A stretch of 64,000 bases of DNA from Selaginella moellendorffii (GCF_000143415.4 NW_003314268.1:3666559-3730558); one strand, 5' to 3'; shown: positions 38,801-52,300, counted from the stretch's first letter. Notes: generated by a model from the letters alone, not told the origin. Translations and numbers: made by a program.

Positions 38801-39941
38801 TAGTAGGACATGTGAGTATCCATTTCGGTTTTCTTTACTTTTCTCATCAATTCTTCGGTCACAGGTGGATAGGAAACTAGTGAAACAGACAGTGATGACT
38901 TCGGTTTACGGCGTGACATACGTTGGAGCACGTAACCAAATAACAAACAGACTTAGGGACAAGGGCTTCATATTAGATGAGCCGACCTTGTACCGTACTG
39001 GTTGCTACGCTGCTAAGGTATCATCTCTCAAAAACTTTCCTTTTACTTTCAAGCTTTTCTAACTGTTCATGCTCCGATAGGTAACTCTGAACGCGCTTGG
39101 CGAAATGTTTGGCGAGGCAAGGCTTATTATGAATTGGCTAGGCCAGTGCGCAAAGGTATCTCCAGGTTTTTGTTAAGAGACTCCTCTCGAGTTCCACTGT
39201 TGCAGGTAATTGCCAACGACGGTGACTCCGTGAGGTGGATCACTCCTTTGGGACTTCCTGTCGTGCAACCATACCGCAGGCCCGGGAGACATGTGGTATG
39301 CGATCATATACTTTGACGTTCCACCATCTTCTCGTTGGCTCACATGATTGATTTCCTTCGCAAGGTGAAAACTTGTCTCCAATGTCTTATTCTAAGAACG
39401 GATACGGATCAACCGGTATGGTTCCAGTTTTCTCTTATCTTTCACGTTTCTGATCGCTTGACTCTTACTCAAAACCAGGTGTTGGCAGCGAGGCAGCGCA
39501 GCGCGTTCCCACCAAATTTTGTGCATTCCATGGATGGGTCGCATATGATGATGACCGCCGTGGCGTGCCAGGAGGCCGGGCTCACCTTCGCAGGTACTTC
39601 AAATTTTCTCCAGTTCTACTCGAAGCACGAAGAACAAAACCCGATTTTTTCTCATGCACAGGAGTCCATGACTCGTTTTGGACGCATGCCGGAGACGTGG
39701 AGCGCATGAACGTCATACTGAGGGAGAAATTCGTGGAGCTCTACGAGCAGCCAATTCTAGAAAACGTAAGGCTCGTCTCTCTCACGTTATAGTGCCATGG
39801 ATCCAACGATTTTTTCTTTTTCCCTTGCAGTTGCTAGAGAGTTTCCAGAAACGTTGGCCCAAGCTTAAATTTCCAGATCTCCCCGTGCGTGGGGATTTAG
39901 ATCTCAAGGAAGTTTTATCGTCGCCGTATTTTTTCAACTAA
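35885..39941 (+). CDS. RpoT: nuclear-encoded phage-type (T7-like) organellar RNA polymerase
   Basis: MWR start; [15 protein letters not shown]; [10 protein letters not shown]; [16 protein letters not shown]; HQ|[16 protein letters not shown]; [16 protein letters not shown]; [16 protein letters not shown]; GVHDSFWTH; C-terminal SPYFFN. Confidence 0.97.
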
Positions 39942-40013
39942 AAGCAAGCGAACGATCTTCTGCTCGTATATTATATTATACATATATAAACGAATGCCGG
40001 GTGCTGTGAGCAA

Positions 40014-40035
40014 TGACGTGGCACGCGCCCATTGG
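40014..40035. promoter_or_regulatory. overlapping UPRE (TGACGTGG) and ERSE (CCAAT-N9-CCACG, minus strand) in the calreticulin promoter
   Basis: tgacgtggcacgcgcccattgg; reverse complement reads CCAAT gggcgcgtg CCACG. Lies ~140 nt upstream of the CRT ATG. Confidence 0.8.
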
Positions 40036-40174
40036 TCGGGCCACCTATGGCCCGCATTGTGATTGGCCGGATGTCTTGAACCTAAAAGAGGCCTAAAAGA
40101 GGCCGCCTTTAATCCTGATCTGTTAGAAGCACTGCGGCTTTAAATCCAGGGTTTTGGAGCTAGGGTTTACAGCG

Positions 40175-42088
40175 ATGGAGGCTCGGTGCGCGTCTTCCGT
40201 CTTTCTGCTGCTCCTTCTTTCCAGCCTTTGCCACGCGAAGGTCTTCTTTGAGGAGAGATTCGATGGTAATTTCGATCCAGCGGCATTCTCTCGATCTGTT
40301 GGTCAGATTGATGATCTTGTGTGTGTAAATTCTAGATTCTTGGGAGAGCCGCTGGGTGAAATCCGACTGGAAGAAGAGTGAAGATGCCGCTGGCGAGTGG
40401 ATCCACACCGCCGGCAAGTGGTTTGGCGATGCGGAGGCAGACAAAGGTACCCATTGGGTTTTGTGAAGGGAGATTTGTGTTACAGCTCCCGCTTTACAGG
40501 CATCCAGACGTCTCCAGACGCGCGCTTCTACGCAATCTCGGCCGAGTTCCCAGAGTTCAGTAACAAGGACAAGACTCTGGTTGTCCAATTCTCCGTTAAG
40601 CACGAGCAAAATCTCGATTGCGGAGGTGGATACATCAAAATTCTGGGTGGAGATGTGGATCAAAAGACTTTTGGTGGTGATACACCTTACAGGTATTCTT
40701 TTTCTTCTTTTTATTTGGAAATCTTGCTCATGGTTTGTTCGTGGGCTATTTCCTTACAGTATTATGTTTGGACCGGACATTTGTGGGTCGGGCACGAAGA
40801 AAACCCACGCCATTATTGCTTACAATGCAAGCAACCATCAAATGAAAAAGGAAGTGCCATGCGAAACAGACCAGCTCACTCACGTCTACACTCTGGTTAT
40901 TCGTCCCGATTCTACGTACAGCATTTTGATCGACAATGTAGAGAAGAAGAAGGGAAGCATTGAGAGCGACTGGAGTCTTTTGCCGCCAAAGAAGATCAAG
41001 GATCCCGAGGCCAAGAAGGTCTGCTTTTTTCTGTTCGTTTCTGAGTAGTAACGTATGCTCTTGTTGGCAGCCCGAGGATTGGGTTGATGATGAATTCATT
41101 GTTGACCCGGAAGACAAGAAACCAGAGGTAACGTTCTACATAGCCGAGTTGTGGACTTTACACCGCTGAGTTTCTCTTTCTTTCTTCTCAGGGTTATGAT
41201 GACATTCCAGCAGAGATTCCCGATGCTGAGGCTGAAAAGGTAAAAGATTTTAGCTTTGTTTTGTGTATGTATCTTATCTTGTCTTTCTCATTTCACAGCC
41301 CGAAGGATGGGATGACGAGGAGGACGGTGTGTGGACTCCTCCGACGATTCCAAATCCCGAATACAAGGGCCCCTGGGAACCGAAGGTACTGATGAAAACT
41401 TTTTTTTACTCTTGAGTAATTTTTCGTTCCCTCTGTAGAAAATCAAGAATCCTGCTTTCAAGGGAAAGTGGAAGGCTCCAATGATTGACAATCCTGGTAG
41501 GTTAATCAGCAACATTTCCAGAGGTGATAAATTGACGAGCTCTTTTATTGTAATAGATTACAAGCCAGACCCAGAGCTATACGTCTTCCCTTCATTGAAA
41601 TACGTTGGAATTGAACTCTGGCAGGCAAGACAGTGTTGTCCGGTTTGTTGTCCGGTTTACGTGACTCCTCCTGTTGAACTGCAGGTCAAGTCAGGATCTC
41701 TCTTTGACAACATTCTCGTAAGCGACGATGTCGATTATGCCAAGGCCCTGGCGGAGGAGACATGGGGAAAGAGCAGGGAGGCCGAGAAGAAAGCATTCGA
41801 GGAAGCACAGAAAAAGGTAAAGGATCCTTGCGACCAAAATTATATTGTTTAAATTGACTTGGGTGTCCCGTCTTTAGGATGAACCGCCGGCCGACGACGA
41901 CGACGACGAGGTAAAGAAAAAGAGCCCTCCATGGTATTGATCTTGTCACTTTGCAGGACGACTCGGATGTCAAGGAGGACAAGGAAGAGGACACAGAAGA
42001 CACAAAGGAGCATGTAAGCATCCTCTATATTCATTCGGTAGCCGTGTGTGTTCACAATCTGCTTGTGTTCTTTCAGGACGAGCTTTGA
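40175..42088 (+). CDS. CRT: calreticulin
   Basis: Signal peptide, [33 protein letters not shown]-domain repeats ([12 protein letters not shown]), acidic tail. C-terminal HDEL is split by the last intron (CAT|GAC GAG CTT TGA). Confidence 0.97.
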
Positions 42089-42540
42089 GGTTTTCGTTTT
42101 TCGCTTGAAGAGACGTTGGCGTAGAGGGACATCGGGGCACAAAAAGAACATTTTTTCCCCATATCTGACATTTCCGGATTGCAATTGCTTTCCAAGCAGT
42201 AATTCCAATTAATCGTATGAAAAGTTTGTTTTTTTAAATTAATTTTATTCAAGAATATTCTAGAAGGATGTTTCCAGGATGCAAAGAAAGCCAGCCTAAG
42301 TAGCAGTGCATTGTGAAGGTTCTTCTGGTGATTGTTCATAATTTTATTGTTCTTCTGATTCTCAAACTTTGATATAATGTTTCTATATCACTGTTGGTTG
42401 AATGATTTGGTTATCGTTTAAAATTCCGCACTTAGAAAGTGTTGCTTGCAAGTGGCGGTACCACCACGGGGCTTTGAAGGACAAATTGCACGTGTGTATT
42501 TAACGGATGCAAGTTTTTGAGAATGAGTGCGGTTTGCAAA

Positions 42541-43622
42541 ATGAAGGCAGTTGCAATGCCGTCGTTTTTGATTTTGCTTACTGCTCTCTGTGTGAATGGG
42601 CAAGCGACTGCTCCGACCATCAAAAGTATCTTCGGTTCCTTCGATCAAATTGGAGATATTGTTTCGAAGTTTAATTTCTCCCAGGTATGTAGACTTTGTC
42701 GTTCAGATACAAGTCTTTTACTGAGTTTACCCTTTGCAGACTGATTCTTCTGGTCAAGGCTCCCTATATGTTGCCTTAGCTCCAGCTTTTGGCGATCTGA
42801 ATGCAGAAACTATAAAGAGTCTGGGCACCAATCTCTTGATTTCTATTGCTGGAACAAACAGGGTGATTTCGAAGTTGGATGGCACAGCACGTACATGGAG
42901 CAAAGTAGAGTCGGTCATGTCGCAGAATCCGTTCCTTGAGCCAGTAGATGCAGGAATCAGAAGGTCAGACAAGTATATAAGAGACGACACAAACTACTTC
43001 CAGTTTGATAAATCTCTGCGACCTGAAGTTTGCCAGGAGGTAAAGCAGCTTAATCCTTGTCTCATGTTGAAATTGTATTATATAATTGTTCTTCCCTTGA
43101 ACAGCTGAAGACATGGTTCTTTGAGAAACTTATCCAGGACAATGACGTACTTGCTTCTACCAGGATTCAATCTGATGCACTCCCTCAGATTGTGGCATAT
43201 GCAGGCTCTGCTGTTCCGAAGTTCTTAACAATCTACAAGCACAAGTATCATGAGAAGACCCTGGTTGATATTGGTGTGCTGAGATATCCAGACTCCATAG
43301 ATAAACTCTTTAAGGTTAGCAGGAAACTTTGATATAACATTGCCATTAACGTTTTTTATTTCATTTTGTGATATAGTTGTACCATCTGCAGCTGACTGTT
43401 TGGGCTGATAGCACGCTCGTCTTAGGTGTGGAAAAGGAAACTAATGGCATTACTGGAGGTAACCATGTACTTTAGTCATTTTGTTTGCCTCTATTGTGTT
43501 GTTTATGTTGTGCAGAGTTTTCCTACCGCAAGTTTAAACCGAGAATAAGCGTCATATCTGGGATGAGGAAGGAAATTCAGGCAAAGGCTGCTAACGAAGC
43601 CAAATCCATGTTCACAATTTGA
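42541..43622 (+). CDS. secreted protein of unknown function, tandem paralog A (5 exons)
   Basis: Signal peptide MKAVAMPSFLILLTALCVNG. Spliced ORF shares QNP.LEP, WF..LI.D.D.L.STRI, HEKT...IGVLRYPD, NGI.GEF..RKFKPR.SVI with paralog B. Confidence 0.8.
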
Positions 43623-43709
43623 AAACTATGTACTGATATTCAAAATATACATAAACTCATAACGAACCGAATAAACATTGCTATATAAATTCTGGAAATG
43701 TTTGTTTTT

Positions 43710-43949
<240 letters not shown>

Positions 43950-44343
43950 CAATTTATCATTAGTGATTTCACAATCACAATTGCGTTATGTGTGTTATGG
44001 TAACTGCAGTTGTTTAAATTTCTTAATGAAGCGCATAAATAAATAAAACAGCTTCTATAGAATATTTTCTTCTTGATTTTCTTTGTTTTCACAAGATTGT
44101 AAATTTAAGTTCGTTTTCACAAGATACTCCACTATTACTATGGCTCTATGTTGGGAATAACTATTTTGTCCATTACCATTACTGTTGCTCTATGTTGGGA
44201 ATAATTATTCTGTCCATTGAAGTTGTTGGAGAATTTGAACAATTTGAGTCAGACAGTCACTACTAATAGTACTACCACTAGGGTATGCTTGCCTTATAAA
44301 TACTTAGGTTGCTTGATTTATTTTGGCAAGAGTGCCATCCATC

Positions 44344-45531
44344 ATGGGTAAGCTCATTCCACTTGTTGCTTTTATGAGCTTTGTCTTGAGCGCAAATGCC
44401 CAGTTTCAGCTGATCCCTACAATTGTGAGTATCTTTGGTGGATTAGACCCAATTGGCAATATCATCCAGCATTTTGACTTCAGCAAGGTGATGCATTTAG
44501 TTTTAGCTAGCATTTGACTAATGGCTATACATGACAGGTCAACATTGTCGACTCAACTGTCCAGGACTATCTTAACATCGGATTGGCTCCTGCATATGGG
44601 ACACTCAGCACGGATGAAGTCAAATTCATGGATGACCATTTGAAGGTCATGATAGCAGGAGTTCATGTGCAACTCGGCAAGTTATCACATAATGAACGTA
44701 CATGGGATAAAGTTCAATCACTCTTTCTGCAAAACCCCGTGCTTGAGCCACTCAGTGATCTTACTACAAGAGCTACTAAATATACAAAGGATGACACTTA
44801 CTGGCTCAACACGGATGGATCGCCTAGACAGACTGTGATGAATGAGGTAAATGTTCTATGTTCGAGTTTCATAATTATTTCTTATCTTTGAGTCTACAGG
44901 TCAAGAGTTGGTTCACAGAACTGATAGCAGATGCTGACATCCTCAACTCCACACGCATTGATATCAATATTATGGGTAGAATTGTTGCTCACACGGGTAC
45001 AAACATCGAGAACATTATAAATTTGTTCTACCAGCATGAATACCATGAAAAAACTATGCTTGAGATAGGAGTGCTCAGATATCCTGATATAGAACACCCC
45101 TACTTCAAGGTTAGTAAAACAGCTTTTAAAGGATTTTTCTTTTTGTTGAACTTCTTAATTCAGGTGTACCGTATCAAACTTTCTGCGTGGTCTGATTGCC
45201 GTCGATACGTAATACATGAAAGTAACACAAATGGCATTTCCGGAGGTATTACTTGTTGACTTGTCCTCCCGACGTTACATTAACTTTCGTTGACTGGCTT
45301 GTAGAATTCAACATGCGAAAATTTAAACCAAGAAAGAGTGTCATAGATCAACTCAGCCCCAAAGCTACGCAGACTGCAGTGTGCGGTGCTGAATGCATGT
45401 TTGATCCTACCAACTGTGGTAATTGCAAACAGACAGCTAGTTTCAACCATAACATCGCTAAGCACAAAGCTATCACTTCCAAGAACAAGTTTGTTCAGAA
45501 AGCTGAAGAGATGTTTGCTCCATACTATTGA
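44344..45531 (+). CDS. secreted protein of unknown function, tandem paralog B (5 exons)
   Basis: Signal peptide MGKLIPLVAFMSFVLSANA; same intron positions as paralog A; extended Cys-containing C-terminus. Confidence 0.8.
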
Positions 45532-46029
45532 TCATGAAGAATGATTAATAAATATATACAATCTTAATGGAATGACCAGGACTTGCTCCAAATGTTGTTT
45601 CAAATGATAATTGCAGTATTTCCACTGGAGCTTCTTTTATTACTACTGATTGTGTGGCATAGTCAATGTACACCTCAATTAGACAGCAATATGTTTTTGA
45701 TGGGCAATGAAAATGAAAAACCATGAGAAGCAAATGCTATGTGATCAGAGCCGAATTAAAGCTCATTCGTCCTGTAGTGAAGACTGGTTCTTCCTTTTGT
45801 GGGAGTAAACGTTGGGCATCAAGCGAGGTGCAGAGCTCAAGGAACATAGAATTTACAAAAGATTGTTAGCAATCCATAAGTGTAGTGAGAGTGGGAAATG
45901 TTTCAACTCAAGTGTGGGACCACTCATCTCTTGGGTGGATTTTGTGCTAGAGTCTATGTTTGGCTCACTTCTAAGGCACTCGTAATTTTCTTGTATTTTA
46001 ATTGTGCAGCTTAAAAACATGCAAGACTC

Positions 46030-46330
46030 TCCTAGCATGCTTGAACTTCATCGTCAGCAACAGCAGCAACCTTTCTCGTCAACCTAGGCCTCACCTCCGC
46101 ACTGTAGAACTTGGCGGACCTCAAGCTGGCGATGGCACACCCAAACAGATAGGTGGCGACCATGACGAAGAACGTTTCCCTGTAGCACTTGGCACCGTGG
46201 CACAGCAAGGCCTCGTCAATCGGTATTTCCTGGCTTGCCAATCGTGTAGTCCTTCCCTCTCGCCGGAACTTGTAATCATCTGTGGCTGCCAGCGGCCGGA
46301 AGCTTGAGAAGGAGAATGGTCGACGACTTG
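46030..46330 (-). pseudogene. possible C-terminal remnant of a nodulin-like/NFD4-type MFS transporter
   Basis: LLCHGAKCYRETFFVMVATYLFG resembles the CxGxxCY/FRxTF last-TM motif of that family; no intact upstream frame. Confidence 0.35.
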
Positions 46331-46805
46331 CAGAGAACTAGGCGAGGAACTCATATCCGCGAGCTGAGCTTCAGAGTTATGAGATGGCGGTATGCTTTCG
46401 ACAGCACCAGCACTGGCTCTTCCGCTCGAGGTACGTCTTACATCTTTTTTCTTTTGACTCAATGTATTAAACCATGCATTTTCTCTATTTGCTCTTGGGA
46501 GGCTATTTTCCTTTTCACGGCATCAGGACTAACCAGAGATCCAAGAAAGCCTTGAAACGTAAGCAAATCTAGCTTTGGAACCAACCACAGCCAGAGAAGC
46601 GGCCCAGCCGCACCCAGCGCTCGCGCCCCCCGACAAGGAGGTCTGTTGGAGCTACCTAGGCTCTCCATGTAAATATGAGAAGGAATTTGAGAAGGAAAAG
46701 CATTGTCATTGTCAGATAATATTCATTCATTCATTAGCTGTTTACGGGGTCTCGTGGCGCCCACCAAGAAGCCAATATTCTGCCAAAAACAAACCTTTTC
46801 ATTTC

Positions 46806-48197
46806 TTAAACAACATCTATCAATAAGAGGTAAAGTGCAGACCTGTCAACATTAAGCTCAATCCCACGTATTCCAGAGTAAACTCCTAGCTCTGGTACGT
46901 TATAACTCCTACATGAACCAAGCAAGCAAATCCAGTCATCTGCAATTGGCTTAAAAGGCATCTCTTCAATCATAGTGCAAGCTTCATGCAAGAAACCCGA
47001 ACGAGCTAACAAATCCACCATACAGTGGTAGTGTTGCTTGGTGGCATGGAAATTATAATCTATGAGCATTGACGCAAAGTAGTTTAGACCACAAATTACG
47101 TCACCAAGGTGGCTGCAAGAAAAAAACAAGCTGATGAATGTTGCATCATCTGGGTCACAGCCTTCCATCTTCATCTCCATATGTAGGGATATAGCCTCTA
47201 CAAAGTGCCCATTGTAAGTATTCGCTGCCATTAATACGTTCCAGGAGACAGTGTCTCTAGCTTGCATTCCTCCAAAGAATCTTGTGGAATCGTCCAAGTT
47301 CCCAGCATGAGCAGCCAACATCACATTCCAGGACACAAGATTTCTCATCGGCATTATTTGAAAGAGAATCTTGGCTTCCTTTAGATACCCGTTCTGGGCA
47401 TATCCGTCTAGCATGGAGTTCCAAGACACTAGCGTAAGGTAGTGCATTCCATTAAAGATATCCACGGCATCTTTTAGATGCCCGTTTTGGGCATATGCCG
47501 CCATCATGGCTGTGGTAGAAACTATGTCCTGCTGGGGCATGGAATCAAACATGCACTTCGCTTCCACAAGGTGCCCGTTCTGGGCATACAGTGAGAGAAG
47601 GATTGTCCACGTTGCCAAGTCACAGTACGACATTGTATAGAAAACGCAACGTGCCTCCTCCACGTCACCAGTGTGACCGTACGCTGCCAGCATGGCATTG
47701 TGCGACACTATGTCGTGCTCCGGCATGGTTGAGTAGAGGTTCTTTGCTTCCGCGAAATGGCCCGCCTGGGAAAATGCGTTGAGAAGAGCATTTGTAGAGA
47801 CGAGGTTTCTCACAGTCATGATTCCAAACCATTGCAGTGCGTCATTAAGGCTGCCATGTTTGATTATTCCTGATAGCATGGAATTCCAGGAAACAACGTC
47901 CCAGCAAGGCATTGAGCCGAAGAAGGATCTGGCCTCTTTAAGATGCCCATTGAAGGCATATGCTGCTAGCATGATATTCCTAGAAACCAAGTCGTGTAGG
48001 GGCATGGCGTTGAAGAGGTGCCAAGCCTCTGAGACTGTGGCGTGCGTGGAGAAAAGAGCGAGCATTGTTGTCCAGGACACAATGTTTCTTTCTGGCATGG
48101 AGTCGAAAAATGACCGAGCTTTGGAGAGATCCCCATTGTATCCAAGTGCTTTCAATTGTAGATTGCCTTCCAAGAGCATGGAAGTTCTCCCTATCAT
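46806..48197 (-). CDS. PLS-class PPR protein with E-like C-terminus, no DYW; N-terminus possibly truncated
   Basis: Intronless 463 aa of ~31-aa repeats, SCSHLG, HYHCMVDLLARSG, MPFKP...W..LLGSC. Confidence 0.88.
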   Translation of the reverse strand: MIGRTSMLLEGNLQLKALGYNGDLSKARSFFDSMPERNIVSWTTMLALFSTHATVSEAWHLFNAMPLHDLVSRNIMLAAYAFNGHLKEARSFFGSMPCWDVVSWNSMLSGIIKHGSLNDALQWFGIMTVRNLVSTNALLNAFSQAGHFAEAKNLYSTMPEHDIVSHNAMLAAYGHTGDVEEARCVFYTMSYCDLATWTILLSLYAQNGHLVEAKCMFDSMPQQDIVSTTAMMAAYAQNGHLKDAVDIFNGMHYLTLVSWNSMLDGYAQNGYLKEAKILFQIMPMRNLVSWNVMLAAHAGNLDDSTRFFGGMQARDTVSWNVLMAANTYNGHFVEAISLHMEMKMEGCDPDDATFISLFFSCSHLGDVICGLNYFASMLIDYNFHATKQHYHCMVDLLARSGFLHEACTMIEEMPFKPIADDWICLLGSCRSYNVPELGVYSGIRGIELNVDRSALYLLLIDVV

Positions 48198-48297
48198 TTA
48201 TCACCATACCAGCATTTCTCTCAAGAGAAACATAAACTTAGAGCATTGATTGGACAATACAATTGTTTGAATTCAAAATTTTGTTTTACATTCGTTT

Positions 48298-48825
48298 TCA
48301 TTTCTTGACAAACCCAAGGTTGTTTTCGGCGGCATAGCGCTCCATGAAGCGCATGAATCTGTCCCACTCGCCAATGTTCCTCATCACGTACTTGGCCTCG
48401 ATCTTGGCCGGCTTCCCGTTGACAAACTTGGCGCTCACGTCCACGGACTGGAGCACGCCCTCGTCGTCGATCATGTAGATGCCCGTGATCTCTCCCATCT
48501 CTCGGGAGGAATCAAACACCGATGGCTGGTCGAAGACGAAGGTGGCCACCCCGTTTCGTTGGTCCTGCGATCGGGTGAGAGAGATGTCCGGGACGACGAG
48601 CTCGTCCACGCCACGGATGAATTGGATGCTGGGCTTTACCATGCGCACCACCGGCCTCACTCCGGATCCACTCTGCTGTGTGGCTGCCGCCCACACTGTG
48701 CTCAAGAGCTGCCTCGAGCTCGACCTTGTGCCGCCGCCTAGGTGCCATGACGAGAGTGGCTTGAGCTCGCTCCAGTGAGGATTTCGAGAGAGCGATGCGG
48801 AGGCGAGGCCTGCACAAATATTCAT
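48298..48825 (-). CDS. psb28: photosystem II reaction centre Psb28 protein, chloroplast precursor
   Basis: Transit peptide then KPSIQFIRGVDE.VVPD..LTRS...NGVATF.FDQP...EITG.YMIDDEG.L..VDV.AKFVNGKP..IEAKY.M....EWDRFMRFMERYA..N.LGF.K. Confidence 0.96.
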   Translation of the reverse strand: MNICAGLASASLSRNPHWSELKPLSSWHLGGGTRSSSRQLLSTVWAAATQQSGSGVRPVVRMVKPSIQFIRGVDELVVPDISLTRSQDQRNGVATFVFDQPSVFDSSREMGEITGIYMIDDEGVLQSVDVSAKFVNGKPAKIEAKYVMRNIGEWDRFMRFMERYAAENNLGFVKK

Positions 48826-49399
48826 CACTTAGTTTGGCAGAAGAGTCTCGATCTACAAAAAACTTGCGTTTCACGGAAGAAAACACACAAACTACAATCG
48901 AGGAAGAATGAATGGCAATACTCTGGGGAAAGAAAGACTGCCAAGCCAAAGATTCTCTCTAGAATGAAGAGAATGCAGGTGATTGACGACGGGATTTCTG
49001 TGACCGAAAGATTCATCCAAGCTCCAAACAAGGATTTCAATCCAAGGAACGTCAAAAGGTGAGGAAGCACTATACCCGCTCGAGAGAGGAGGAATGTTGC
49101 TGCGCGGCGGAGCGGGGGAATCCGTGTCCGTCGCTGCCGCTCGCTGGCGATGGATGCGGCGTAGAGCGGCACATAGCGCTGGTGCTGCTGCCTCTGGCCG
49201 GTGGACGCAGCCGCCGAGGCCGAGGCGCTCGTCGACATAAGTCTGCTCTGTCTGATCGCTCTCGCCCCATTCCCTACCACACACTGCACACCCGAATCTC
49301 GAATATTCTACACATGCTGATTATCCGTTTAATGTTGGCGCGGGTTGAAGGTTCAGGGTCCAGTTCTTATTTAAAAGTTTAACTAATTAATAGATTATG

Positions 49400-52300
49400 T
49401 CAAAATTCTAAATTCTCAATCATGTCTTAGAAGCATCTAAAGATTTAACCAGTAAATTAAACCACTCAAAAAAGCTTTGTATTAAAGAATTAATTTTTGA
49501 TGTGAAGCAACATTATTTGCTGAAAATTTATTTGATGCAATTAATATTATAATGCAACTATAATAAAAATATAGCTATAACTTATTGTGAATCTATAATG
49601 CTACTTTGGAGAGACACCTTTGAAAAGTCTTACAAATGATTAAGTTTTTTTGTTTAACAAGTCGAAGTGTGACTTTCTTAAATGAGGTGGTATTTTAGAA
49701 ATGACTAACACTACTTGTATAGTAAATTATAAAGTGTTTAAAAAAGTAATTATAGTTTTGTCATTTTCTTTTTCCTTGATGACAACTTTATGACAAAATA
49801 AAGGATGATAAGAAAATCCCTTCAACCATTAAAGGAATATTTGACCATAAACATAAGTGCTACATCTATTTAGTATAATCATCTCATAAATCACCAAGCT
49901 TTTATTTACAAGTAAATTAAGTTTCTTCACCTCTTTAAAATTTCAGATTGTCTTGAATGCCCCATTTAGCCTTCACAAGCATTAAGCTCTATAGAAATTG
50001 TTTCTTGAATTTTTACCATGGGATATGGAAGAGTTATCACAATAGACTCCTAAGTTATATCTACAATGAATTTTGTCATATCACTTTAACATTCTTTTAT
50101 CCCTTCACAAGAGTATAATTCTTTCCATGATGTCTAGGTTTCTAAAATTGCCTTCTACTTTATCTTTCTTCTATTAGTCTAAATAAAATTTGTTATCCAT
50201 TCTTTAAGCCTTGACATGGCAATGGTTTTCCTCCTTGAATATAAGATTGATTGATTATCATAATGACTATTCTATTGACTGAGTTGACTAGCAACTTTGA
50301 TAAAAAGGTCTAAATCTTGATGGAGCTTGGTAATAGTATCAGTGAATATTGTCAAAAAATCCTTCCTAACCTTCTACTTTATTAATATATATTCAGAAAA
50401 AGAAATATTAATAAACAAAAATATGTTGGTTTGTGAACTGATATAATCTTATGAAAAACTAAACTAAGTCTACAACCCAAATTTTCTAGTTTTGAAAGCC
50501 TAAGAAATTTTCAGTTATTTCAGTGTATTCTAGAGCATAGACCATTCTTGAGCTCATGAGCTAAAGAGTTGAGCTCATGAGTTAAGCTCAATTTTAAATT
50601 TTAGTATAATATAAATATTATAAATTTTTAATAAAATTAAGGTTTATGGTGAACTTAATATTTTCACTCTTTACACTTTATATAAATAAAAATGTTTTAG
50701 AAGACACTTTTTGTCCAAAAATTTAAATACTTATTGTAGGGAGGTTCGCTATAACATATAATAAAATAAGATTTGTTTGAAAAAAATGTAATCTTGTCAA
50801 TTCCTTAAATCCGTACTATGTGCTTTCTAGCTTTTAAATATCAACTTTGTAATGAGTTTAAAAATTATTAAATTTGAAATAATATTCTTTTGAAAGGCCA
50901 TATAACTGTTTTAAAGGGAAAAAACAACCATTAATGTAAACTTGTTACTTATAAAAGAGAGAAAATAGAGACTTAGTTCTTCTTTAGAATACATTTTTAA
51001 GGTATTTGTTATAGCATAGTATTTATAATTTATGGATCTTCACTTGTACTCTCTTTCAAAAAGAGGGAAATACACACAAATGTTTGTGAGTTTTAATATT
51101 GGTAATTTCAACTTTTACAATATTTCTTCCTATAATAGTAATTCAAGGGCTTAGTGGTACAATACTCATTCTGTTGTGTAAACCACATAAAGATAGAATC
51201 ACAAATTGGAGAGAAATACAATGATAAAAAGTGAAATAAATTAGGTGTAGAAATTACTTATTTTAGGAAATTACAATTTCATGACTTTTAAGAAGTTCTT
51301 TAGATATTTTTGGCTTTCAGTGGAAACAATGGTGATAATTAATATGATGGTGTTTATGCTCTTGTGATACACTGCAACATCACCTAAAAGTGTATAAGAT
51401 AAAGTATATTTTTTATTAATTATATAAATTATAATAAATTTATATTATTGATAGGGAATAAACAATAATAGACCTAGTTATCTTCAAAAGTCTTTTAAAA
51501 TTCAGCAATACTAAAGTCTGTCTAATATATATAAATGTTCGCTTTAGAATCTTAGTGTTAGGTGTTAATGAATATGTAATACATATGCTTGTAAAAAGTA
51601 TATGCCTTCCCATGTTCCTCGTGTTTAGTAAAGTTTGGACATATTTAAAAAGGAAAGTCTTGAATGATAATTATGTATTTTCCACCTTCCATTTTAACTA
51701 TGCACTCCTTTGCAAGCATAGTGATATATGTTGTGGAAAGAATCTCACACTCAAGCATTAAGCTAAGCTTATTTTACCATATTTTTAAGTGGAGATAGTA
51801 TCAATAAAATTAAATACCTTATCTTTTCTTACTAACCGTTTATGCATTTTTATAGGAATAGTGTCAATTTTGTCTCTCAAGTCTTAAAATCTTCTCCTCT
51901 CAAGATTAAAACTAGATTTTTCAAGGTTTTGAATCTCATCTAAAATGAATACAATTGGCCATTCTTTAGGTATTACTATCACTATACTGTATGATTGCCA
52001 TTGATGGTGCAGCAATATAGTTAGCACTATTTTGAAAATCTTACTTGCTTTCATTCCCCATAGAAATATGGGGCTGGAACAAAACTAGATTTGTCACCAT
52101 GGATTGAAGCCTAATAGTTGCCCCTCAAAAACATTTTAATTGGTTAAGGATTTTGGGATATTTAGGTGTTATTGGGTTTAAATAGTATTAGGCTGAGTGA
52201 TTTCTTATGAAGTCTAAATTTAGAAGTTTACAACACTCTTGCTATTATGCTCTATGTATTGGTCCTATTTGGTCCCAATAACTATTTATGAAAAGTGTCT

